Of a stretch of DNA of 64,000 nt, positions 38,900-51,317 are shown in pieces (within the stretch, counting starts at the first letter, position 1; the number at the start of each line of letters is the position of its first letter). Source of the DNA: the human T2T-CHM13v2.0 reference genome, Homo sapiens. Position numbers and translations under genes: made by a program. Below the pieces are notes generated by a model, which did not search any database, was not told the origin of the DNA, and saw only the letters and a program-made list of their open reading frames with translations. The stretch lies in assembly GCF_009914755.1 (NCBI RefSeq), contig NC_060930.1; one strand, written 5' to 3'.

Positions 38900-39190
38900 G
38901 AAGCTTCTTAGCATCTCTAAAACATCTCTGCCAAGTGATCTCCCAGCTTTTTCTTGAACATCTCCAGTGATGGTTAACTTGACTCCTCTAGAGGCAGTCT
39001 TTTCCATTTCAGACATGTTCTAATGTGGCTCTCTTCTCCTCTTTCCTGACAATATTTTGACCTCAAGACGCAGATTTATTACCAACTCAGCTAAGGGTAC
39101 TTTAACTTCATAAGGCTGAAAGTAGTCTCTTGTTTTAATCAGTCTCAAGCCTAGAACTATCCAGATTCTTCCTGTCTTTGCTGAAATTTC
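38900..39190 (-). mobile_element. L3/CR1 fragment
   Basis: ccagctttttcttgaacatctccagtgatgg...ctcctctagaggcagtcttttccattt. Confidence 0.6.
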
Positions 39191-39204
39191 CTTCAGATAC
39201 TTTA

Positions 39205-39340
39205 GTTTTTGTAGTTTTGTTTTTTCAAACAGACTTATGGAGATATATTTGATTTTATAAACAAAAACCTGCACACATTTAATGTATATAATTTGATGAG
39301 TTTGGAAGTATGCATATGTCTGTGATGCTATCACCATTCT
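39205..39340 (-). mobile_element. L1MA/MB 3' end fragment
   Basis: ctgcacacatttaatgtatataatttgatgagtttggaagtatgcata...gctatcacca. Confidence 0.7.
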
Positions 39341-39367
39341 TCTTAAACTGTTATTTCCCTTCATGGA

Positions 39368-39472
39368 TTCAAAGGGTTGGAAGAGACCTGGAGATTAGCT
39401 AGTTCAACTTAATTTTCTGATGATCCAATGGAGCCTAAGTAAGAGGAAGGGACTTGCTAAAGGTCACACACC
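39368..39472 (-). mobile_element. MIR/MIR3 fragment
   Basis: gggttggaagagacctggagattagctagttcaac...gaagggacttgctaaaggtcacac. Confidence 0.6.
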
Positions 39473-40699
39473 TTACTTTCAGCCATCAGCTATACAGGAA
39501 AGGAGGGTGCATTCCCAGCTGCTGGCCTGCTTAAAGGACCCAGTGGCTACTTATTCCACAAATTTCTTATATGCAGTAATACTGTATGCTCCAACAGAAG
39601 CTTTTCACTTTTGAGCTACAATATTAATCTCATGAACTTAATCACAAGCATAACAAATGGTTTTTCCCTCTTAATCCCTTACTTGTTCACTTGCTGGTGT
39701 ATCACCCATGACCAGGCAGACAACTGTTTTGTCTTCTGTCAACTGATTAAGGAGTGATATTGGATGGGTGCTAATTCTTAGGAAGATGAGAGAATCAGAA
39801 ATTCATCATAGGAACATGCTTGAGTAATAAGTTTGATGATATCATTTTTAGCTGTGAGATAGTTTTGGTTCTCATAAAAAGGAAAATTTGTTATAATTTT
39901 AAGTAGCATTTAATGTTATCTACTGAAATACATTTGGGTTTAGTACAGGAAACAGATGATATTTGGTCTGAAAACACTCTGTGAATTTACTTTTTTTTCA
40001 CAGATTGTTGCTTACTTTTTTTAAAAATTTTATGTTCTACTATGCCAGGGAATGATAGTTATGTTAGATTATGTAACTGGCAATAGTAAATTGAGGAAAT
40101 AAAAGATTTGGGTTAAAAAGTGGTTCTGCTTATGAGGAACATACTCCAAAAAGTTGATATTGTACATACCTAAACTTTATTCAGGAACTAAAATACAGAC
40201 AATCTGTGGGATAATATAATAAATTAAATTTTAGGGAGATTTTGCTTAATGGGGGGTTTCCAAAGTAAATTATGATTTTACTCTTTTCCTTATCTTTCAG
40301 ACATGCCACTTCAGAAAACTCTTTGTATCTGCATTTTAAAATATTGCTTTATTTTAAATTCATATTCTGGATAAATTAGTTGATTTTTGATGATTCTAAA
40401 AATTTTTAGTAGAAACCAGTTTTAATCCTGTGAGTAGAAAAATATGTATGAAGATGTGGGATAGGTGTTTGCTAGCACAGGGTAGGAAGTACCTAAAATA
40501 ACAAGTAAGTGTCAGTGAGGAAAATTTGTTAAATAGAATTTCATAAATAATTCTGGAATGCATTTGCAAAACTACATGCTGGGTCATATTTTTCTGTCTC
40601 ACGTTATAGCCAGTTTAACCCTCTTACTCTAGAAAAGCTAGAGCTATTTCTGTGTTCTCAAAGTTGGGTTCCAAATTACCTATCCAGTATCTTCCCCCC

Positions 40700-41132
40700 C
40701 TACATTTTCCACAAAATGAATGCTCCAGCTTCATCAATCTCCTTTAAGATCCTTGAGCATATCTACAACTTCTGTCCTCTGCTATCGCAGTTTCCTCACT
40801 GATGTGCCCAAGGAGCTTGTTCAAATTCATGCATCGTTGAGGGCCAAATCTGGATCATCTGTCAGTTTCATTCAATGACAACCTGTCCTGATTTACACAG
40901 TCAGAATTAAATATTCCTACAGCATATTACTAACACCTCTATTTATTGCTTATACCAGCTTTGCCTTGTGATTAGTTATTTCATATTGATCTACTGAACT
41001 TAAATTCTGTGATCTCCTTATTGACCACAGATTATTCCTCTGTTCAGCACTCCTTATTCTTATCCCTGTTACAATTCTTATTATGGTGCACAAGCTCCAT
41101 AAATATTTATAAAACTGATATTAATTGAATAA
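40700..41132 (+). mobile_element. L2 3' fragment
   Basis: Degenerate L2 ending ...gcacaagctccataaatattt...aattgaata. Confidence 0.45.
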
Positions 41133-41688
41133 AATATTGTCTAGAGGTCTCAGTCATTCTTCAATGAAACGGAATGATTATTTTAGCTGATTTGACACCA
41201 TTGTACCAAATTAGTCTTCAAAATTGTATACTAAAGAACCAGGGAGACAATGAAATATCTAAGATAGAATCATTTTTAATATATTGGCATGCTAAACTTT
41301 AGAATGTATGATCAAACCACTTATTTCAATAGGATAACATTTAACCAAATGCCTTGGTAAGTTGCTTACCCATCTCAAAAGGATATTGATAATATTGTTC
41401 TATAGAGAATTTACATAAAAAGGCTATGATTACTGTTAACCACAAATAGTCCTAAGTAGTAAAAATATTGCCTGAAGTATTTCTGAGTTGAAATAAAACA
41501 TCCAGATTATAATAACATTTTTCTTTTTTTTTAGGTATGGTCTTTTAAAATAAATACTTTACTATTATAATTGTCACGCCTGTTGTTTTGCGTTAGATGT
41601 ATAACTAAACGTGTTGTATAGATTATGGTCAATAAGTTATTGGGTAAATGTTATTTTCCTACTATTACCTAAAGTTAATCTTACCACC

Positions 41689-42056
41689 TGATATGGTTTG
41701 GCTGTGTCCCCAACCAAGTCTCATCCTGAATTGTAGTTCTCATAATCTCCACATGTGGGAGGGACTCGGTGGGAGGTAATTTAACCATGGGGGTGGCTAC
41801 ACTCATGCTGTTCTAGTGATAGTAAGTTCTCATGAGATCTGATGGTTTTATAAGAGGCTTTTCCCCCTTTTTCTTGGCACTTCTCCTTCCTGCCATCATG
41901 TGAAGAAGGGATTGTTTGTTTCCCCTCCTGCCATGATTGTAAGTTTCCTGAGGTCTTCTCAGCCATGCCAAACTGTGAGTCAATGAAACCTTTTTCCTTT
42001 ATAAATTAACCAGTTTCAGGCATTTTTTCATAGCAGTGTGAAAATGGACTAATACA
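41689..42056 (+). mobile_element. THE1D-like MaLR solo LTR
   Basis: tgatatggtttggctgtgtcccc...ggactaataca with perfect 5-bp TSD ccacc (41684-41688, 42057-42061). Confidence 0.92.
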
Positions 42057-42168
42057 CCACCTATACTTTTTTCACACTTTTCATTGAGAAATGTAACTTT
42101 CACAAAGAAAAGTACATACAACCCATATTAACAGTTTTACAAATAACTATAAAGCAAATATCTGTGTC

Positions 42169-42447
42169 GGTTGGGTGTGGAGGCTCATGTCTGTAATCCC
42201 AGCACTTTGGGAGGCCAAGGTGGGTGGATCACTTTGAGCTCAGAAGTTTGAAACCAGCCTAGGCAACACAGCAAAACCCTGTCTCTAGAAAAAATACAAA
42301 AATTAGCCAGGTGTGGTGGTGTGCACCTGTGGTCCCAGCTACTCAGGAGGCTGAGCCTGGAGAATCACCTGAACCTGGGAGACAGAGGTTGCAGTGAGCC
42401 AAGATCACTCCAGTGTGGGAACAGAGCGAGACCCTGTCTAAAAAATA
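42169..42447 (+). mobile_element. AluJb-like
   Basis: Alu dimer with J-type positions. TSD aaagcaaata(a)tctgtgt at 42151-42167 and 42448-42465. Confidence 0.9.
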
Positions 42448-43888
42448 AAAGCAAATAATCTGTGTTAAAACTACCCAGACCAAATAGAACATTTCATTTA
42501 AAAGATCTGGAGTATCTACTGAGGGTAGAGGGAGAGGAAGCTAGCCAAGCACAAGCATCTCCCTGATTATCCCTGCCAGTTGCAGACTCATTCCTTTCCT
42601 CTACTGCTTATACTATCCTGGCTTTATAGTGTTAATGTCTTCTCTTATCTTTATAATTTCCCTAAGGAAAAAGATAAATTTTTCTGTTTTTGAACTTTAT
42701 ATAAGTGGGACCATTTATATGTATTCTTTTGTGGCTTGTTTTTCTTAACCTTAGGTTGGTAAAATATATTCATGCTGTTGTATGTGACTTTAGTTTGTCC
42801 ATTCATTTTTAATACTATACAGTGTCCTTTAAATGAATATACCACAGTTTATTTATCCATTCTACTTCTAAGGCAATTTGGACTGTTTGCATTTTGGGGC
42901 TATTTTGAACAATATGTCTTGGTGCATGCATTTCTCTAAGGTATATACTTAGCAGTGGAATTGCTGGGTCAAAGGGTATGTGTGCCTCAACTAGGCTAGA
43001 AAACACCACACTGTTTCCAGAGTGCATGTATAAATTTATATTTCTACCAGCAGTGTATGACAATTCCTACTGCTCCAAATCCTGACCAACAACTTGTATT
43101 TACTTTTGCATTTTTTTTCCCAATCTTAAGAGTGTTTAGTGCTAACTCATTTTGTTTAATTTCCATTTACTCTATTACCAGTTAGGTTGAGTAACTTTTT
43201 AAAAAACAGAAGTCCATTGGTAATTTGGATTTTCACTTTTGCGAAGCTTTTGTTCAAGTTCAGTTCTTTGCCTACTCTTCTATTGAAGTATTGTTTTATG
43301 TGTATTTCTCATTGAGTTTACTGTGTATTGAGTATTGTTATAAAGCCATATGATAAGCAGATGTTCTTAATTTTAATGTAGTTAAAATTATCTCTTTTTC
43401 TTTATAATGACTACTTTTTCTGACTTATTAAAGACCCCCTGTCACAAAATTATGAAGATATTTACTTTTACTCTCTCCTCAAAGTTTAAAAATTTTGCCC
43501 TTTCCACTCTGGTTTTTAATTGATTTTATATATGGATACCCATTATTACAGTTCCAAAGATTAAAAAGTGGCCTTCCCCATTGCTCTGGAGTGCTAATTT
43601 ATTATAAATCAAGTGTCCTTGTGTGTGTGAAGTTGTTTCTGAACTTAAAATATATTTCTTTGGTCTAAATATCTATTCCTGCAATAAACATCCACTGCCT
43701 TAATTACCATAGCTTTATATAGGTCTTGATAACTGGGCAAGTCCTTTCTGCCTTATTTTTCTTGGTTAACTTTGGCCTTTTTAACATACATATACATTTG
43801 AAAATCTACTTGTGAACTTCCACATGCACACTAAAATAATCTGCTGGTAATATGAAATTCATTGAATCTATACATTCCTTTCAGGAGA

Positions 43889-44168
43889 GAGTAGTTGCAC
43901 ACATATAATCCCAGCACTTTTGGAAGCCAATGTGGGAAGATTGCTTGAGGCCAGGAGTTCAAGACTAGCCTAGGCAACATAGTGAGATCCTGTTTTTAGG
44001 GAAAAAATGTTTTTAAAAAGCTGGGCATGTTGGCAGGCTGCCAAGTACACAGGGGGCTGAGGTGGGAGGATGGCTTCAGTCCAGGAGTTCCAGGCTGTAG
44101 AGAGCTATGATTACGCCACTGCCTTCTAGCCTGAATGACAAAGTGAGAACCTATCTCATAAAAAAAAA
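43889..44168 (+). mobile_element. AluJo-like
   Basis: gattgcttgaggccaggagttcaagac...ccaggagttccaggctgtag..agctatgat. TSD ttcaggaga at 43880-43888 and 44169-44177. Confidence 0.88.
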
Positions 44169-44764
44169 TTCAGGAGAAATATTTACAGTCACAAGTTTTT
44201 CAATATGTGAATTTGCTATATATTTCATTTTTCTGAAGTCTTCTTTAATGTAATTTAATCCCATTTTATGATTTTTTCTGTAGTAGCCTTATATATCCTT
44301 GTTGGACTTTTACCGAGTCACCTGATACATTTTGATACTGCTATATAAACCCACCTTTGTCATTGATCATAGCTCATCAAAATCTTCCTAGACTTTGCTT
44401 ATCATTTCTTTTCACTAACTTGTATTCTCACTGTTTTTTCTTCCACTGAGCTGCTCTCTTTATTACATGAACATAATTTGAACCCATTATGTACCCATTG
44501 TTAAAAGCCCTTCAGTAGCTCCCTATATACTCTATGTCTTTTTCCTTTCATGGCCAATGATTTAGGCATGATGGGCCACGCTTCTGTCTCTTCCTTCTTA
44601 CCTTTCAGCCAGTCATTTTCCAACCTGCTGCGATTTGATTGCTTCCACCACCACACTGCAACTGCTCTGCCAGAGGATCCTCTCACAATTAAAGCCAAGG
44701 ACTATTTTTCAAGGTCCTTATGTTGATTTTTCAGCACTGTAGAACATTGCTATAATGCTAAAAG

Positions 44765-44960
44765 TATTAATAGTAGCCATAGTAATTATAACTGGTATAT
44801 ATCACTGGTAAATATCACTGGTATTATTATGACTATACTTATAGCTATAATTATAATTATAGTAATAATAACACTATAATTATATATTATTACTGTAATA
44901 TATAATTACTATAATATAATTATAATAATACATAATTATGTTAATAATAATATGAGTGAT
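44765..44960. repeat. AT-rich low-complexity tract
   Basis: (TAA/TATA)-rich run that includes a duplicated atatcactggta. Confidence 0.8.
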
Positions 44961-44964
44961 AAAA

Positions 44965-45130
44965 TTAATACCAACTTACTGAGTATCTTTTGTGGGGCAG
45001 CACTTTAGAGCCACTACTTTTACAAACCAGATATTATTATCAAAGATGAGATGGCCTTTCCATTGTCCAAGGTCATGAAGAGTAAGTTCTACAGGGAAGT
45101 CAGCCTCATGCAAGAGTCTAAACTCTGCCC
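44965..45130 (-). mobile_element. MIR
   Basis: acttactgagtatc...cactttagag...ttgtccaaggtcatg...agtaagt. Confidence 0.45.
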
Positions 45131-46337
45131 AATACTTGTCTCTGCCTTAAATCCACAGATCTCGCTCGCCTCTTGTTCTCCTCTAGTCCATCCTGCCTCT
45201 TTTTCTTACTCTTTTTCTCTGGGTTCTCTTCCACTGCCCATATCCTCAATCTGGCTCCTCACTAGGGTCTTGCCATTGGTCCTTTTCTCACTCTTCCTAT
45301 CCTTGCTTATATGATATCCTCTCCCACAACATAAGCTTTCACTTAACATACCAACTTCATTATATCTAAGACCTAGCATGGTGCCTGTCTTGTAACTATT
45401 GAATGGTAAACTATCTTATATCTTCATTGGTTGGAGTCTAGACATCCCAGGTCAATATTTACAAAACTGAGCTCATAAATCTTTTTCTCCTAAACTTCCT
45501 TCTCCTCCTGTGTATCTTATCCTGGTTAAAAGCATCACCCTTTATCCATTTGCTCATTCCAGAAAACTGGTAATCATAGAACTGTTTTTATCATGCCAGC
45601 CTCAGAAATCTCTTCTACCAATGCAGATTTCTTTGCATTCTGGTCTTTAGTGACCCATCTCCTGGTGCTGTCCCATTTGGAGCACTTATCAGCTTGATAT
45701 GTTGATGATTTGATGAACTAATAACTGCAGATTTTACCCTTTTTGGGATACAGTAACTATTTTTTCATATATTGAAAAATAATTCTTTCAGTTTAGCAGC
45801 TTACATTTTGATATTGCCCAACAGAGTATCATACAAGTACTCACTTACTGATTTTTTTCAACACTTTTAGGTGTCTAAAATTATGGAAGAGAAAACTTGT
45901 AAAGAAACTGATATTCAAATACTTTGGAACTTAGTTGAGATTTTTGCAATTTCTTTTTCAATGTTCACAAAAGTGTGGCTGAGAACATCAGACTGTGCGC
46001 TTCATTAAAGTTAATGGGTGAACAACCAAATATTTGGGGATACCTCAGTTTTTTCAAATGGAGTCACATTAAATTCTTGCTGCAGGGGTTTCTCTGTGCA
46101 GTTTCTGTGATGGTTTTTAGGGGTCTCTTGGATGGCGTGGCTGTCCTTCTGCAGTGCCACAGGGAACAAAACCGAAGTTGTTAAGTTAGAACAGATACTT
46201 TTATACCAAACATGGTGAAATTGGCAATTGGCATTTTTGCATAATGATATAAGTATATTTGACGGCATTGGAAATCCTAACGAGCATTATATATAACTTA
46301 GGAGATTGGTTAATGAAAAATTTTTAACAGTGTTTTA

Positions 46338-46688
46338 TATAGTGAGGGACACCATGATGTGTAGTTTGCTATTGACAGTGTCACTCTTGGCTGTCAGAGC
46401 CCTTCAGGGATTACCCAGGCCAAAGGGGTCATGCTTTGCTTTGAGACAGGTGAAGGGACACGAAGGCCCAGCTCTGTCACACTCTCTTGGCACATTCTGT
46501 CCTCAGAATTCCCTATAGTGTCAGCTAAGGTTTCTGTTGAGACTGTCACAGCTTGACATTGTCCTCTGCCCAATCTTCCTTCTTTCTCTTTCTTTCCATT
46601 TCCTTCCACAGGCACTGATTCTGTAATAAACATCCTGTATGCTAATCTTCATCTTAGAGTCTGCTTCCAAGAGAACCTAACTTGCAAC
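46338..46688 (+). mobile_element. LTR16-like ERVL solo LTR
   Basis: cctctgcccaatcttccttc...ccttccacagg...aataaacatcctgtatgctaatcttcatcttagagtctgcttcc..gagaacctaacttgcaac. Confidence 0.7.
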
Positions 46689-46794
46689 TCCCACCATGTA
46701 AAAGTTTGATGCAGCTTTGCCAGAGAAGCATAACATTAATGGGAATGCTGTGAGGCTTTTCCCTAGAACAGGAAGCTCACAAAGGTTACCAAGT

Positions 46795-47780
<986 letters not shown>

Positions 47781-47789
47781 TCTAGCGAA

Positions 47790-48200
47790 ATGAACACACA
47801 AGTGGGGATACATTCATAAATGCAACACCATACTGTAAAAAATGACTACAGGTTCATCTGAGAAAAAAGGATAAATTTTGCAACGTGATATTGAGTGAGA
47901 AAAGTTAGATCTTCTACAAAGATGGGTTTAGTTAAACATGTAGTGCTTGGGGAAACTTGTATAGGTGACACAAACGTAAAAGAAAGCTAGAAAAATGGGT
48001 CTTTGTAAGGAGAGAGGGGGTAATGATCTGAAGTAGGCATGAGGGGATCTGCTGTGTTCTGGTAAAGTCCTCTTTCTTGACCTGAGTGATTTTTTATGGA
48101 TATTTCCCTTGGGATAAACCTTTGGGCTGTATGTTTCTGTTTTGTAAAGTTTTCTGTGATGCAATTCATATTTTCCAATAAGTAGGGTTTTAAAATAAGC
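47790..48200 (+). mobile_element. L1ME 3' fragment
   Basis: tattgagtgagaaaag...gcatgaggggatctgctgtgttctggtaaagtcctctttcttgacctgagtg. Confidence 0.6.
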
Positions 48201-48859
48201 AATTGGAAATGATTAATTTCAGAATCATTGTGACTTTTGATGAGAAGTTTGAGTAGAATGTTTGATGGTAGAAGTCTGATTGTCCTGGGTTGAGAAACTG
48301 AAGGAACAAAATCCAGAAATGTGAATTATTTCTTTTGTATGTTGATGGGAAATAGAAAAAGATAATGTAGCCCTTTGGAGTAAGTAGCCTTTAAACTAGT
48401 AAACTTAGTACTCCCAAGGCAAATACCCTTAGTTAAAATCTATAACTCATACAAGTAGATAGGAGTAAGTTATAAACAACCAAATGAAACATTAGTAGTA
48501 AGTGATGAAAATGCATGGTGGCAAGCAAATAACAATTTTTTATAAATCAGGTTTTTGAATAAACTTTGTTCATATTTGTCATTTTGTGAATACATAAATG
48601 ATTCCTAGAAACTTGGAGTTGTAACATGGGACTGCTTGAAAAAAAAGATAAACTATCTAAAAGGACAGGCAATTCAATATATGTCAATAATCATTTCAAG
48701 GCACTAGAATCTTTGCTATATTAGTGTTTTTATAGTTTTAGCATAGTATATGTATTTTGTGATATTTTTGATACAGCAAAATATGACACATTTAACTTCA
48801 TTAAAAACAGAATTTTGAAGTCCACACTTCAAAATTTCTTTAGAGTCAAGAAATTAAGA

Positions 48860-49025
48860 ATAACAGGAGACCTTTAAGGTAGTTCATTTAACTTGCTTAT
48901 TTGACAGATTGGGACTCCACAGGCTTGGAGACTCAATGTCAGTACCCAGGTCACACAGTTAGTGGAAAGCCTAACTAAAGCTTGGGTCTCTCACCTCTCA
49001 GTCTAGTGATAATTCCACTCAGTAC
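48860..49025 (-). mobile_element. MIR/MIR3
   Basis: gagacctttaaggtagttc...tatttgacagattgggac...cccaggtcacacagttagtgg. Confidence 0.65.
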
Positions 49026-50478
49026 CTTTGAGCAATATCTCATAAAGCAAATCTTGTTACCTAAGATTCTAAACAGGGTCTAGGGCATTGTTATAATAGA
49101 ATTTGGTCTGTACATATAAAATGTTCTGTATTTGGAAATTGTTTTCTTTCAAGTCATAATTCTAAAAAGGTTTAATGCATCATTAAGCATAATTTGTATT
49201 TTGTCATGGGGTGGTAACATTTATTTAGGGGGAATTATCTCTTTTGTAAAATGTGATTAGAACACCACTTGATTAATGGAAATTCTCTTTAAATGCAACT
49301 CATAATACAGGCTTAAATCCTGATATAGAAGGTCAACTGGATCACCTTGTCACTTTCTATTAATATTACAATATGAAAACTATTGTGTTGCTTCATTACA
49401 GACCCTTAAGATACCTTTGTGGATGGCAAGTGCTTCTGCTTTCATCATAGATAGTAGGAAATGAATTCTTGGCTATAAAGGTGGTGGGCCCCAGACAGTA
49501 CTCCCCAAACAAACTGCGGCCTTCAGAGTTTATTTACAGTTGCCCCTATGCTTATAGGAAAGTTATCCTCTTTGAACAGTAGTGTCCCACGTGACACATC
49601 ATAAAATGCAAGGCAAAACTTACCAATTCAGTTCACATCAGGATTTTTTTGTAACCATTGATTTTGTTATAAGGGGCTACATCTCTTAAAACAAGAAATT
49701 TGTATTCAGCAGCCTGAAGGTCTTTATAGCCATTGACCTTCCCAGTGACTGCCAACAAAATCCTTTAGTTTATCACTTCACTGAGCCATGTCATCACTGA
49801 GAATGCTCAGCTCATTTAAATTTAGTTGACCTCGTGGTGTCATTCCTTATGTATAAGAACTAACAAACACCTTTGCCACACTGTAGGTGCCTTGAAGGCA
49901 GGTGATGAGGCTGGGTAACTCAGCTATTTAGCATGACGATATGCACAGAGTGAGCTCTCAGTAATTATTAGCCAAACAATGATAAGTGCTTTTTACTTGT
50001 ATCACTTTCTTGATTCTGTACTTCCAAGAGTAGCGAACTTACTCTTCGACCTCTGGGTAGCATTTGACAATAGGATTATAAGTGCTTTCTCCTTTGGCCT
50101 CAGTGGCCCTTTACTGTGCCTTTAGTCCAGTAGGTTGAATTTGCAATCTCTCCCTTGACATCATTCCTGCAATGTTTTGTGCCTGTTAGCAGGAAGACGG
50201 CCTTCTATGACTCCTTCTGTTCCCTCTCCTCTAAGATTAAAATGCATTTAGCACATTCTTGAATTTTTTCTATGAATATTTATGTCAAATACTACTATTA
50301 TTGTATATAAGACAAAGTAAAGAAATATAATAAAGGTACAATACATAAAATAAATAGAAACATCCAGGTGTAATGTAGTAGTATGCTCAATTAAATACAT
50401 ATTTTGTTGTTGTCTTTCCAGGTAGTTTTTTTTTTTTTATGGTTTTAACATTCCTTGACTTACTTACAACGCTTTCAG

Positions 50479-50753
50479 ACACTGAAAAACAGCCACAGGG
50501 CCTGGCTAGGCTGAGATCCCTCAGAGGCTTCCTGCAGGCAATTGCAGCTTTGCCTATTACTGGCCTGAGGTGGCTGTTCTTACTGGAGACTTCACCCCTT
50601 CAAGCCCAAAATGGAACTGCAGTTGTCCCCCAAATTCTGAGCTCTCCTGGGAACTCAAGAAATCCCTCTCAGTAGTTATTGATTTCTATTCCTTTTAATC
50701 ATCTTTCATTTGCATTTATCTCATAAACCAGTAGATGTTTGCACATTTGACAG
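50479..50753 (+). other. Candidate exon (alternative acceptors at 50421 or 50478)
   Basis: Acceptors ttgtctttccag| and gctttcag|; perfect CAG|GTAAGT donor at 50753/50754. Confidence 0.25.
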
Positions 50754-51059
50754 GTAAGTTTGGGGAAAATGCATACTTTAATGTATCCATGGAGTCTGCG
50801 AGTTACCTTCCTATTCCCCTCATCTGAGGGCCTCATTTTCCTAAAAAGACTTGGGATTATCTGAGAGGCCACTTCCCTAATATAAGGGAATGCTTTTTCC
50901 CTCCTTATAGTTCTCTCTTTTTGATTCTCTAATTATTGAGTCTTAATCATAAAAGTTTCTTATTATGAAATTATTTACTTATATCAGCTGGCATTAATTG
51001 TTTTCTACTATCTATCTCCAATTCATTTTCTCTACTTTATGCTGAAGATGTCTTTGGCT

Positions 51060-51300
51060 TTCAGAGAGATTTACATTTTTCAGAGTGCTTTCAAATATAA
51101 ATGTATATAAATATATGTGAGAATTTCTCATTAACCTTCACATTGACAGTGTGAAATAGGTAAAGCAAGTTTTACAAATGTGAAAATTGAGAGTCAGAGA
51201 AGTTATGCAACTGCTAAGTTGCCTAGCTGATAAATAGATATGTTCACGCTGAAATTTGGGTGTAAGGATTCAGAACACAGTGTTCTTCCATTATCTTCTA
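51060..51300 (-). mobile_element. MIR
   Basis: cagagtgctttc...ttttacaaatgtgaaaattgagagtcagagaagttatgcaac. Confidence 0.65.
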
Positions 51301-51317
51301 CCAGCATGATCTCACCA

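Larger units (their letters stand above)
42065..44350 (-). mobile_element. L1ME-like 3' region, interrupted by two AluJ
   Basis: ORF 42815-43063(-) contains [13 protein letters not shown] (L1 ORF2 C-terminus); T-rich antisense L1 motifs throughout. Confidence 0.8.
44400..45600 (+). mobile_element. L2 fragments (about 44400-44750 and 45130-45600)
   Basis: ccacactgcaactgctctgccagagg...aaaactgagctcat..cctaaacttccttctcctcctgtg...ccagaaaactgg. Confidence 0.6.

Noticed and set aside
39985-41540. Strong-looking splice acceptors near 40003, 40300 and 41534
   Set aside because: No convincing paired donors, and T-rich background makes such sites frequent.
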